A stretch of DNA of 64,000 bases from positions 1,426,001 through 1,490,000 of the forward strand of contig NW_027361722.1 of the NCBI RefSeq assembly GCF_039654945.1, given 5' to 3'. The notes under the pieces are model-generated. The model was not told the origin of the DNA. It ran no database searches and saw nothing but the letters and a program-made list of their open reading frames with translations. How positions within the stretch are numbered: position 1 is the first letter of the stretch; each line of letters begins with the position of its first letter. This DNA comes from Dendrobates tinctorius (taxonomy: Eukaryota). A program made the position numbers and the translations under genes. Positions 25,520 to 37,058 of the stretch are shown one piece after another.

Positions 25520-26365
25520 TGCGGTTTTAAGGGGCGCGGGCCCTTTAAAAACGCAGGCCGCCGCTATGTGCAGGGACGCGCGCTCCCAGCGTTAATGTGA
25601 CGTCCGTCCGCGGATCTGGACTGCAGTAGGGACAGCACCCTAAGACCCTTAACCCCTAATACAGGGATCTGGAATTGTTGCAAGGCCCAGGTGGTGGCTG
25701 CCTGGTGGAGCAGTGCGCCAGAGCAGGACGGTCGCCAATAGGGAAGAAGGCGGGGAACCAAAACGTAGTCAGAAGCCGGGAGAGCAGCGGAGGTACAGAA
25801 ACGGCAGGCAATGGCAGAGTTGACAGTCCAGGCCACAAAACGGGAGAGCAGCAAGGTACAAAAACGGCAGGCAGTAGCAGAGTCGAATATCCAGGCCAAG
25901 GTCACAAACCGGGAGAATGGCAGAAGTACAAAATCGTCAGGCAGTAGAGGGGTCAGAAATCCAGGCTGACGTCAGAGTCAAACAATAGCAAATCACACAG
26001 TAGCACATAGGGGAACCAAGAATATATCCGGCGGCTTGCAAGTCCAGTCCCAAGGTATTTGAGAGATCAGGTCATCCCTCACAGGCTCCCGGACTGATGA
26101 TGTCATCAGGACCGCCCCCAGGACCAGGCCAGATGGTGATGCACCAAACCCTTCATGATTGACAGAGGAGCGGAGCCTGCATCCATCAGATGCCTGCGCA
26201 GGAGCCCCTTCTTTGTCACCGCCATCACTCGGGAGCGAACCACGGCGCCTCCTAGTGGCCGAGGCCGGGACAGCAGGCCCCGAGTCTGACGGCGACATGA
26301 CCATCCGGCGCCTCTTAGTGGCCGAGGCCGGGACAGCAGGCCCCGAGTCTGACGGCAATGTGACA
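25520..26365 (-). mobile_element. Probable LTR-retrotransposon LTR remnant, with an internal 60-bp direct repeat (26245-26357)
   Basis: Ends ...TGTGACA (TGTCACA on the minus strand); composition typical of frog Gypsy LTRs; the other end is unclear. Confidence 0.45.
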
Positions 26366-26410
26366 GTTCATTACTTGAACCACTGCGGCGCACGTCCCGA
26401 TCGATACTAA

Positions 26411-26911
26411 GGCTAGTTTCACATTAGCGTTTTTTTGAGCAGTGCATCAAGCGCATTAAAAAAAAAAAAGAAAAACGCAAAGCAAACACGCTTTTTTTAG
26501 CGTCATGCGTACGCTGATGTGTCAAAAAACGCAGCGTTGCTTGCATTTTACATACGTTTGTGTTTTTTATGCGCATGCGTTTTTAGGTGTGACGTTTTTT
26601 CCATTGTCTAGACCACATTCCAGACTTGTTTACCTCAAAAACGCATGTGCAAAAAAAACGCAAGCGCGCAAGACCATGCGCACGCATGCGTTTCCATAGA
26701 CTTCAATGTGTTTTTGCGCATTCCGTGCGCATGCGTTTTTTTGATGAGACAGAGCAGACCAAAAGATGCAACATGTTGCGTCTGGCGCGAAAGACAAAAA
26801 CGCATGCGCACGAAAATGCAAGTGTGCGCAAGACCATGCGCACGTCATGTTAAACATAGGTGCGCATGCGCAGGATGCGCTACGGATAAAAGCGCTAATG
26901 TGAAACCAGCC
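26411..26911. mobile_element. PIF/Harbinger-type MITE
   Basis: TAA|GGCTAGTTTCACATTAGCG ... CGCTAATGTGAAACCAGCC|TAT; internal palindromic ACGCATGCG motifs. Confidence 0.85.
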
Positions 26912-27132
26912 TATCAGCGTATGACGTCAGTGTCATGAGCCGGGCGCACACATTCACTGGCCTCTGCTATGTCGGCGACCATTTTAGTATGAGTGCACCG
27001 ACATGAGCAGGAGGAGGAGGAGGAGGACGCTGCTGGGAGCGCAGGCAGGTCAGAGCAATGGTTTTGTTTTTTTTTGTTTTTTTAATTCTCTCTCTCTCAT
27101 AAGGGGAAGGGGCCAGGATGGATAGATATATA

Positions 27133-28667
27133 CACTGTGTTCCAAATTATTATGCAAATTGGATTTAAGTGTCATAAAGATGTTATTTTTTGTATATCAA
27201 ATAAACTCATAGATGCTATTGTGTATCAAGGCTCTTTGGATCACTGAAATCAATCTCAAATGCCTGTGATAATTAGTTTACCAGGTGAGCTCAATTAAAG
27301 AAAAGCTACTTAAGAATGATGTTCCACATTATTAAGCAGGGCACAGGTTTCAAGGAATTTAGGAAATAAAAAGGATCTCTCTGCTGCTGAAAAGCATCAA
27401 ATAGTGCAATGCCTTGGTCAAGAGATGAAAACATTAGATATTTCCCAAAAACTTAAACGTGATCATTGTACTGTTAAGAGATTGTGGTTGATTCTGAGCA
27501 CAGACATGTTTGTGCTGATAAAGGCAGAATGAGGAAGGTTTCTCCCAGGCAAGTTCATCGGATTAAGAGAGCAGCTGCTAAAAAGCCATTACAAACCAGC
27601 AAACAGATATTTAAAGCTGCTGGTGCCTCTGGAGTCCCTCGAACCTCAAGGTGTAGGATCCTTCAAAGGCTTGCTGTGGTGCATAAATCTACTATTCAGC
27701 TACCCCTAAACAGTGTTCACAAGCAGAAATGGTAGCAGTGGCCCCAGACATACATGAAGACTAATTTTCAAACAGTCTTGCTTACTGATGAGTGTCGAGC
27801 AACCCTGGATGGTCCAGATGGATGGAGTAGTGGATGGCCACTATGTCCCAACAAGGCTGCGACGTCAGCATGGAGGTGGAGGAGTCATGTTTTGGGCCGG
27901 AATCATGGGGAAACAGCTGGTAGGGCTCTTTAAGGTTCCTGAAGGTGTGAAAATGACCTCTGCAAAGTATATAGTTTCTGACTGACAGCTGTCTTCCATG
28001 GTATAAAAAGCAGAAACGTGCCTTCAGGAGCAAAATCATCTTCATGCATGACAATGCACCATCTCATGCTGCAAAGAAGACCTCCGAGTCATTGACTGCT
28101 ATGGGCATAAAAGGAGATAAACTCATGGTGTGGCCACCATCTTTCCCTGACCTCAACCCTATAGAGAACCTTTGGAGTATCATCAAGCAAAAGATCTATG
28201 AGGGTGGGAGGCCGGTCACATCAGAACAGCAGCTCTGGGAGGCGAAGAAATCCAAGCAGAAACTCTCCAACAACTCACAAGGTCAATGGAGGCCAGAATT
28301 GTGAAGGTGATATCAAAGAAGGGTTCCTATGTTAACATGTAACTTGGCCTGTTAAGCTATTTAACTCCAAAATATCCTTTTTGCTCAGTGAGTGTGACCT
28401 CCTAATGCTGCAAATTCCACAAATGAGCATTTTCAGTTCTTTAAAACATATCAAATGTTAAGAAATTCTACTGTGCCTAATAATTTGGAACAGTGCAATT
28501 TGAGTTTTTATTCATTTTGGAGATTATACTGTTATTATTGTGAAGTTTCTTCTATAAAATATGATGTATACTCTAACCGGTGATGACTTTTATTAGACTG
28601 ACTGTCATTTGTACCGACTATTTAGGAAAATCAGAGAAAAATATCATTTGCATAATTTGGAACAGTG
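27133..28667 (+). mobile_element. Tc1-like transposon of the DD37E (TRT) type, degenerate
   Basis: TA|CACTGTGTTCCAAATTATTATGCAAA ... TTTGCATAATTTGGAACAGTG|TA; HDNAPSH...WPPSFPDLNPIE with 37 residues between D and E. Confidence 0.88.
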
Positions 28668-28688
28668 TATACAGGGGGGCCCAGGACA

Positions 28689-28690
<2 letters not shown>

Positions 28691-28770
<80 letters not shown>

Positions 28771-28866
28771 TACGGGGGGCCCAGGATGGGGAGAGATCCA
28801 TATATATATATATATACACATACACATACACACACACACACGGGGGGGCCAGGATGGATATATATA
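28691..28866. repeat. (TA)n/(CA)n microsatellites interleaved with GGGGGCCAGGATGG units
   Basis: Direct inspection; a similar unit lies left of the Tc1 (27108-27132). Confidence 0.8.
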
Positions 28867-28867
28867 C

Positions 28868-30897
28868 TATGCTGATGACACCCAATTATACGCTTCTTCT
28901 CCTGACATCACGCCAGCCTTTCTAGAAAACACCGGCGATTGTCTAAACGCTGCGTCTAACATCATGTCCTCACTATATCTGAAACTGAACCTGTCAAAGA
29001 CTGAACTCCTTGTGTTTCCTCCCGCTACTAATGTACCTATACCCGACATTGCCATTTCCGTGTGTGGTTCCACTACTACTCCCCAGCAACATGCCCGCTG
29101 TCTTGGGGTCATACTTGACTCCGAGCTTTCCTTTGCCCCCACATTCGATCACTGGCTCGCTCTTGTCATCTGCACCTCAAAAACATTTCTAGAATTTGAC
29201 CTTTTCTTACTTTTGACTCTGCAAAAACTCTTACTGTTTCTCTTATTCATTCTCGTCTGGACTATTGTAACTCTCTTCTAATCGGTCTCCCTCTTACCAA
29301 ACTCTCCCCCCTCCAATCTGTCCTGAATGCTGCAGCCAGGGTCATATTCCTCGCCAATCGTTACACCGATGCCTCTACCTTGTGCCAGTCATTACACTGG
29401 CTACCCATCCACTCCAGAATCCAGTACAGATTTATTGCCCTCACCCACAAAGCTCTCCATGGCTTAGCATCACCCTACATCTCCTCCCTTGTTTCAGTAT
29501 ACCACCCTACCCGCGCCCTCCGTTCTGCTGATGACCTGAGGTTAGCATCCTCAATCAGAACCTCCCACTCCAGTCTCCAAGACTTTACATGTGCTGCGCC
29601 AATTCTTTGGAATGCACTTCCCAGGTCAATACGATTAGTCCCCAACCCCCACAATTTTAAGCGTGCCCTGAAAACGCATTTATTCAGACTGGCCTACCGC
29701 CTCAACACATTAACCTAATCTATCCCTGTGTGGCACAGCCAAAAGTTTTACCATAACCTGGTTCCCCGCATCATGTTCCCACATGCTTTATGCATCCATT
29801 AGCCCTCTGTGTCTGTACTGTTACACACGTAACATGTGTTATGAATGAGTCACCGGAGGAGGAAAAAACAAAAATACAAGCTAAGTCCAGAAAACCGGAG
29901 AGGTTGGTAGCTAGCGGATTACAGACTCCTGATCCTATTCACAACAACTAACAGTAGCCGTGGGGTGTTCCTACGGTGGTCCTAGACACCTCGTTCACAG
30001 CCGGAGAACTAAATAAACGTAAAGAAAGAAAAGGGGAAATCTAAACTGCCCCAGAGCAGACCCCAAAGCAATAGACAGCCCCCAACATGTATTGACGGTG
30101 AAAACAGATGAAAACACGAACACAGACAGAAAGACAGGCTGAGCAAACGATGGGGCCCTCACTAACTAGATAGGACAGGAAAGAAAAGCAACTGTCTGCA
30201 ATCACGCAAAAACCCTGCCAAAAATAATGTCCAACACGTCTGATAGAAAAGGCCCTGAAGTCACTAGACTTCAAAATCACTATATCAGCACTCAGGTATA
30301 TTCTGAAAACAGAGCAAAGAGATCAACTGATCAGAGACAAAAATGGAGTTCAGCCAGTCCCAACCAGGGCTGGCTGAACACAAACACTAAATAAACAGAC
30401 AAAATCTCATGGAACAATAGCAGAGCAAAAACTTAGCTTTAGTAGACAGGACTAAACTGGAGGCCAGAGCTCAGAGCAGAGAGGATCACCAGCAACCCAG
30501 CAGGGCGTCGGCGCCTTATATCCACTCAGAGATTCCGGATGTCCAATCACACTCCACCTGTTCAGATGACAGGTTTTTCCCATCCAAATCAATTTCACTA
30601 CCTCCTTTCACCAGCAGAGGGAGTTCATCGGACAACAAAGGTGAAGGAGAAAATGAGCTCATAACAATTATGGCTGGTCCATACAATCAGGGCAATTGTT
30701 ACCACCCACCTTTCGTGTCTACCTCTTTTCTCCTAGATTGTAAGCTTGCGAGCAGGGCCCTCATTCCTCTTGGTATCTGTTATGATCTATGTGATTATTG
30801 TTATGCTGTAAATGTCTATTGTCTGTACAAGTCCCCTCTGAAATTTAAAGTGCTGCGGAATATGTCAGCGCTATAAAAATAAAATTTATTATTATTA
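28868..30897 (+). mobile_element. 5'-truncated L2 LINE, interrupted by a solo LTR
   Basis: YADDTQLY..LKLNLSKTELL..ARCLGVILDS..LHWLPI..RIQY..APILWNALP..FKRALKTHLF; 3' tail AATAAAATTTATTATTATTA. Confidence 0.9.
29837..30666 (-). mobile_element. Solo LTR of the same family as 23402-24185, opposite orientation
   Basis: TGTTATGAA...TCATAACA; its start TGTTATGAATGAGTCACCG matches the reverse complement of the other LTR's end; imperfect 6-bp TSD AACATG/ATTATG. Confidence 0.8.
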
Positions 30898-30902
30898 CAT
30901 AT

Positions 30903-30964
30903 ATATACAGCCACCACTAGAGGGAGCTCACTACATACAGATTTATACAGTCAGCACTAGGAGC
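30903..30964 (+). repeat. ~1.5 units of the 40-bp CTCF-like satellite at the 5' junction of Tx1 element 1
   Basis: ATACAGCCACCACTAGAGGGAGCTCACTACATACAGATTTATACAGTC. Confidence 0.9.
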
Positions 30965-32849
30965 CTGTAGTCTGTGGAGGAAGGTGTGCTGGTGTGTTTG
31001 CTCCAGGAGAGTCCGTTTTTTTTTTTTTGTTTTTTTTTTTTTTACACCCAGGAATCTCTACCCCCCCCCCCCCCCCCCGACCCAAAAAAGAGAGGGGTGT
31101 AGTGTAAGAGCTGTGTCCCCATCTCCCACCTATTGGTCTAAGCCGGTGAGGGGTGGGAGCTCATTGCTACCGGCAAACAGGGTCACCAGATCCGGCAAGG
31201 CCCGAAACATGGAGGAGCCCAGGAAGACCCAGGAGGGCTGCAAAGCCCCTAAGGCTGAGGCGAGGGCCACTGCGGTGCCTCCTCCCGGAGGTGAGCTGAG
31301 TTCTCGCAGAGGTGCAGCGGCGGCGGTGCAGAAGGATTGAGGCACTAGGGCCGCACGGGAGCTGGTTACCAGCTATGGCTCCAACATCCTTGCGTACCTC
31401 TGCGAGTATGAGGAGGCTGGGAAGACCCTGAGGAGGCTCCAGGAGGAGATGAAGGAGGCAAGGCAGGCTGCAGACAGAGCCTCCCGCACAGAGAAGTCTT
31501 CCCTAACAGCCAGGATATCCAGCCTGGGGATCTGCATTGAGGGCATTGAAGCCCGGAGAGCGGCCATATTGGACAACATCGGGCCTTTTTGGGAAAAATT
31601 GGAAGATGAGGACCGATTCCACAACATGGCTGCTGAAAAGGAGCCAGAGAGGTCTCAGCGTCTGACCCAGGTGGAGGAGGTGGACCATGTGGAGATGGAG
31701 GAGGCACCGTAACCACCTGGGAGCTTGGTAAGTGATCTCCAGGCCACACACAGTGGGATAGATCCAGTGCAGGTCCCACTCCCATCAGACAATAGTATTT
31801 CAGAGGATGATGGGGGTGATGCGGATGATAGCAGCAGCGATACCAGCAGTAGTGAGGGTTGCCTCGTCCTGCAGCAGATCCATCAGCTAGAGTCCCCAGT
31901 AAATTATGCCCACCTGAAATTTGGGATGTCTGCGGGGACGAGGCAACCAGGAGGGGGAAAAAGAAACGGAAAAAAGGAAAACATCGGAGGAGAGGTTGGT
32001 GTTTGTCCCCTTTCCTGGGACCCCCCGGTCCCGCTGTGTGGAGCCCGCTACCCACCCCGGCCCGGGACCTGCAGTGGGTCCAGTGCGAGGAAGCGGGGAG
32101 AGTACAAATCACGTGGTGCAGGTCGCCGTCTCTGCTGACGGTAGCAGAGGGGGCGAGAGTGGGCAAGCGGCTGCCGAGCCGGACAGTCTGCATGGTCTGG
32201 AGTGTGGCCCTGTGGCGGGCGGAAGTAACACCTGTGGAGGTGTCCAGGCCCGATCCTCGGTGAAAACAGGGGACAGCCTGGCGCCTGCTCCACCCGCTGA
32301 CGCTCGGGAGGTGGAGACTGTGGGTACCTTGCCGGTGGTCGCCGCTCCCCGCAGTGTTCGCGGTGGGCTAGCGGCGTGTGCAGTGGTGTCGGGGCCCCCC
32401 ACATGTAGATCCGATAATGGGTCAAAGCCAGGGACCCCGGCACCGGTTATCTCGGATGTAGCTGTAATGGCTGCGGTAATGCCGGCCCGGACTGTCGCGC
32501 CACTGGGGTCCTCTGCATGTGTGTCACCTGTATCTGCGGGGGACCCAGCAGTGAAATGCACACAGGAGCGTGGAGATGGTCTGCAGGAGAGGCTGGAGCA
32601 ATAGTCTGCAGCTGCCAGCACATGCACTGCTGGAAAGCAGGGTGTGGTAATTAAACCCTGCAGTATCATTCTTAAAGGGGCAGCTGCACTGCAAATAGCA
32701 ACCCCCCCAGCAGAAAGCAGTGTAAAAAACACAAATGTAAATAAGAATGGAAGTGGTGTGAATAGTGTCTGTGACAATGGTGAAGGGTCAGGTGCTGGAG
32801 GGGCGGATTCTGCTGGAGGTATGGTTGGTGCGAATTCTGCAAAAAAAAA

Positions 32850-35706
32850 ACAGGGGAAGAGTCTTGAGGAGATCATTTGCATATTCCCAGTGCCTTCTGG
32901 GATAAGTGAAGAGTCTCCGCGAGCTCAACGATCACTGGGTTTTGGCCGTTGCAGCTGAAAAGAGGAAATCGGAAAACCAGGGGAAGAGTCTTGAGGAGAT
33001 CATTTGCATATTCCCAGTGCCTTCTGGGATAAGTGAAGAGTCTCCGCGAGCTCAACGATCACTGGGTTTTGGCCGTTGCAGCTGAAAAGAGGAAAATGTA
33101 AAAACCGCGCGCCGACAGGCTCGCGAAATTTGGCTCATCTTTCATCGTTTTTAAGAAATCTCAAGATGGAAGAGGCCAGGAGCCATTTGGTGAGCTGCAT
33201 TTCTTGCTACATGTTCACAGATTTACCAGTGGAAAAACCAAACTTCACATGCCACAAATGCAGCTTGTGTCCCTGTTGGAGGAAAAGTTGCAAAATCTCG
33301 AAGAGAGGTTAGCTACGTTGAAGATCATTAAGGAAGGTGAAGAGTTCTTGGACAGAGCAGAATTATCTCTTCATGTTACAGAAAGAGAAGAAATTCGAAG
33401 TGCACCTGAAGAAACAGAGGAATGGAGACATGTGACCCAGAGAAGCAGGAGGATCAGGAGGCAGTCAGCACCCATACTGCTCAGAAACCAGTACCAGGCT
33501 CTCACGCAGGAAAACGATGAAGAAATACATCAGGATAAGACTTTGCCAACAAGCAGCAACCTTGTACGCCCTCAGAGTCCTCCTGGATGGAGAAAGAAAA
33601 ATGTTGTGAAGAAGAAACGGAGAGTGGTGGTCATGGGGGATTCCCTGCTGAGAGGAACAGAGGCCGCTATCTGCAGACCGGATATAACTTCAAGAGAAAT
33701 GTGCTGTCTTCCAGGTGCAAAAATTAAAGATGTGTCTGACAGGATATCAGGACTCTTCAGACCTACAGATGACCACCCATTCCTGCTACTACATGTGGGG
33801 ACAAATGACACCGCAAGAAACGACCTGGAAACCATCTGCAGAGACTTTGAAGACTTAGGCAAGAAAGTGAAAGAACTGGGAGCGCAGGTGGTCTTCTCTT
33901 CCATCCTCCCAGTGGATGGCCATGGAACAAGGAGGTGGAATAAGATTCTGCAGGTGAACAACTGGCTACGTCGATGGTGCCGTCAGCAACGATTTGGATT
34001 TCTGGATCACGGAGTGAACTACTTATACGATGGACTACTTGCTAGAGATGGGGTGCACCTTACGAAGACTGGAAAGCATGTATTTGGAAGTCGCCTTGCT
34101 ACACTTGTAAGGAGAGCTTTAAACTAGAACAACATGGGAAGGGAAGCAAAAGACCAGAAAAAGCCATACACCTGACAAATGCTATTGAGAACTCTGCTAT
34201 TAGAAGTGGAAAGGAAGAACAAAGACGAAAGAATCTAATAAATAAAAATATTGGAGAAAGAGAAACCAATCACAAACTAAAATGTTTCTATACTAATGCA
34301 CAAAGCATGGGCAACAAACAAGGAGAATTGGAACTACTAACACAGGAACAGAAATATGATGTCATTGGAATCACTGAAACTTGGTGGGACAATACACATG
34401 ATTGGAATACAAGACTAGAAGGATACAACTTATTTGCAAGAAACAGACTTGATAAACGAGGAGGGGGTGTCGCATTGTATGTTAGAAACGCGTATATCTG
34501 CACAGAGATTGAAGCTTCAGAGACTGGGAGTTCTGTGGAAACTGTTTGGGTAAGAATACAAGGACAGAACAATGGAAAGGACACCATTGTAGGCATTTAC
34601 TACAGGCCGCCTGTGCAAGCCGAAGATATAGATGAACTCTTTATGCATCAGATGGCCAAGTTCTCCAAAAAATATGACATAGTTGTCATGGGAGATTTCA
34701 ACTATCCAGACATTTGTTGGGAATCTCTCTCAGGCAAAACTAACAGGTCAAGGAAATTCTTATCCTCTCTTGCTGACAACTTTATCTTCCAAAAGGTAAG
34801 GGAGAAAACAAGGGGAACTGCTACCTTGGATCTAATCCTTATAAACAGGGAGGAAATGGTTGAGGAGGTAAAAGTGGCTGGGACCCTAGGAGGTAGCGAC
34901 CATGCTATTTTAGAATTTTGGATTACTAGAGGTGGAAGACCTGTGAAGACTCAGACGTCAAGGTTAGATTTCAGAAAGGCAGATTTTAAGGGATTCAGAA
35001 AGAGAATTGGAGGGATCCAATGGCTGGATATCCTTAAAGACAAAAATGTCCAGGAAGGATGGGAAATCTTGAAAAATGAAATTCTCAAAGCACAGTTGTT
35101 AACAATTCCGAAAAGAGGGAAGAATAGGAAGCATTTAAGGAAACCAGGATGGATGAACACAGAACTTAAGCACATGCTAAAAAGGAAGAAAAAAAATGTT
35201 TATAAAATGGAAAGAGGGAGGCATATCTAAAGAAGAATATAATGCTGTCTGCAGAACCTGCAGGGCACAAATCAGATTAGCTAAAGCTGAAAATGAACTG
35301 AGGCTTGCAAGAGATGTCAAAAGCAATAATAAAGGATTTTGGGGATATGTCAAAAGTAAAAGAAAAGTCAAAGATGCTATAGGATTTTTACAGGATGAAA
35401 ATGATGAAATGGTAAGACAGGATGTTGAGAAGGCTGAACTTTTAAATTCCTATTTTGCATCTGTTTTCTCTCAGAAAGGAAATGCAACATCAACTGTTAT
35501 TCACTGTCCTATTAAGGGAATAGAAGAATCCAGGATATCTATAAACAGAAAGATAGTGAGGAAACACTTAGCTAACCTAAATGAATTCAAGTCTCCAGGT
35601 CCAGATGAATTACACCCCAGAGTACTGAAGGAGATAGCAGAAGAAATTTTTGAACCCCTCTCCATAATCTTTGAAAATTCTTGGAGAACAGGAGAAGTGC
35701 CAGAAA
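32850..35706 (+). mobile_element. CR1 LINE with intact 5' end, 3'-truncated; ORF1 esterase plus APE endonuclease
   Basis: ORF1 has CxxC..CxxC, coiled coil and SGNH motifs GDSLL/HVGTND/DGVHL (to 34127). ORF2 has YTNAQS..GITETWW..YRPP..MGDFNYPDICW..GSDH and ends at SWRTGEVPE, before the RT core. Confidence 0.92.
32851..33095 (+). repeat. Two 127-bp tandem monomers in the CR1 5' UTR
   Basis: CAGGGGAAGAGTCTTGAGGAGATCATTTGCATATTCCCAGTGCCTTCTGGGA.. starts at 32851 and again at 32978. Confidence 0.92.
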
Positions 35707-37018
35707 TGAAAATGCTAGTGAAAATGGTGAGGCTGAGGTCAGTGAGGTGGAGATGGTTGACTGAGGTTGAGGGTTCAGGGAATTTAGGGGCTGGTCCATC
35801 GCCCCCCTCACCTGCAGGCACCATTAGTTATGCGGCTGCTGCCGGTGGGATTCTGCGAGGGTCTTCCTCATCTCTGGACCCAGGGAATAATGCTTTTTGC
35901 AGTTTCCTGGAGGCCCTCAAAAAAAGGGGAGCAGACAATCAATGTAGAGGGAAGAGAGGTGGAGTTGTCCTACTGCCTAGATAAGTTTGGTCTACCTGTC
36001 TTCCAAGAGAAAAGGGGGGGGGGGGGCGGGACTGTGTGGTCCCTCCCGACAGCCGGGCAGGAGGTCTCCAGGAGAAATGTGGTTCGTCTTCACTGGAGGG
36101 GCGATGTCCATCCAGGACAAATGTGGTGAAGCTCCTCATGAAGATGGACTTCAGGGCTATTGATATCTTTGCTCTGATACATCCTTTTGGGACCTCCACC
36201 TTTGATATCAGCTTTGTTCGGCCGGAGGGCTTGGAGCTCTTTTGGTCGAATTATGAGCTGGTAAAAGAGGAGCCCGGCTGGCGAGGGTTTGCCAAAGTGG
36301 GCCGAAGAAAGTGACCGTTTTAATGTGTAATGAGTCAGGACGAACCAGGACGATTTTGGCATCTGGTCAGGAGGCTGGACCTTCATGGTAAAGTTGAAGC
36401 GTTCAGGGGGCACTGTCACCCACATCCCTTCCTCGGCTTTCCTGGGAAGGGATTGTATTCTGGTCTTCTACCAGGGGCAGCCGAAGGTCTGCCACAGGTG
36501 CGGTGATCCTCACCACTTCTGCACGGGCTGCAAGGTGCAGAAATGAGGCTTGTGTGGCGGGGTAGGCCATCTTGCCGCGTCCTGTGGTGTCATTCGATGT
36601 CACCTGTGTGGTAATCTAAGTCACCCGTTCAGCAGCTACCCCCGTTCCTTCTCTAATGCCATGGCTAGCCGGGCAGAGGGGAGCCGCGAGGCGGTTCTTG
36701 GCAATGCAACTTCTGCATCCGTTGGAGGTGGCAGCGGGAAAGGAGCTGAGGGGCAGATGAGGAATGGCAGGGCTAGGGGCCCCTATTACCAGCGGAGGCA
36801 GGAAGAGCCTCAGGAAACTGGGGTAATAGCTGCCCCCTCTTCCGAGGCGACGGCCCATGTCACTGAGGCCCTGGGGGAGGAAGCAGTGAATGAGGATATC
36901 AGACGGATGGAGAATGAGGAGGTGGCTGATCTCTCAGATGCCTCCCAATATTAAAGTTTTGATGAGGATGGAGGGGGAACAGCCAAAAGAAATGGGTGAC
37001 AAGGGTACCAAGAGTGAC

Positions 37019-37058
<40 letters not shown>

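Noticed and set aside
33204-34127. Host SGNH esterase gene
   Set aside because: It is CR1 ORF1, followed directly by the APE endonuclease ORF2.
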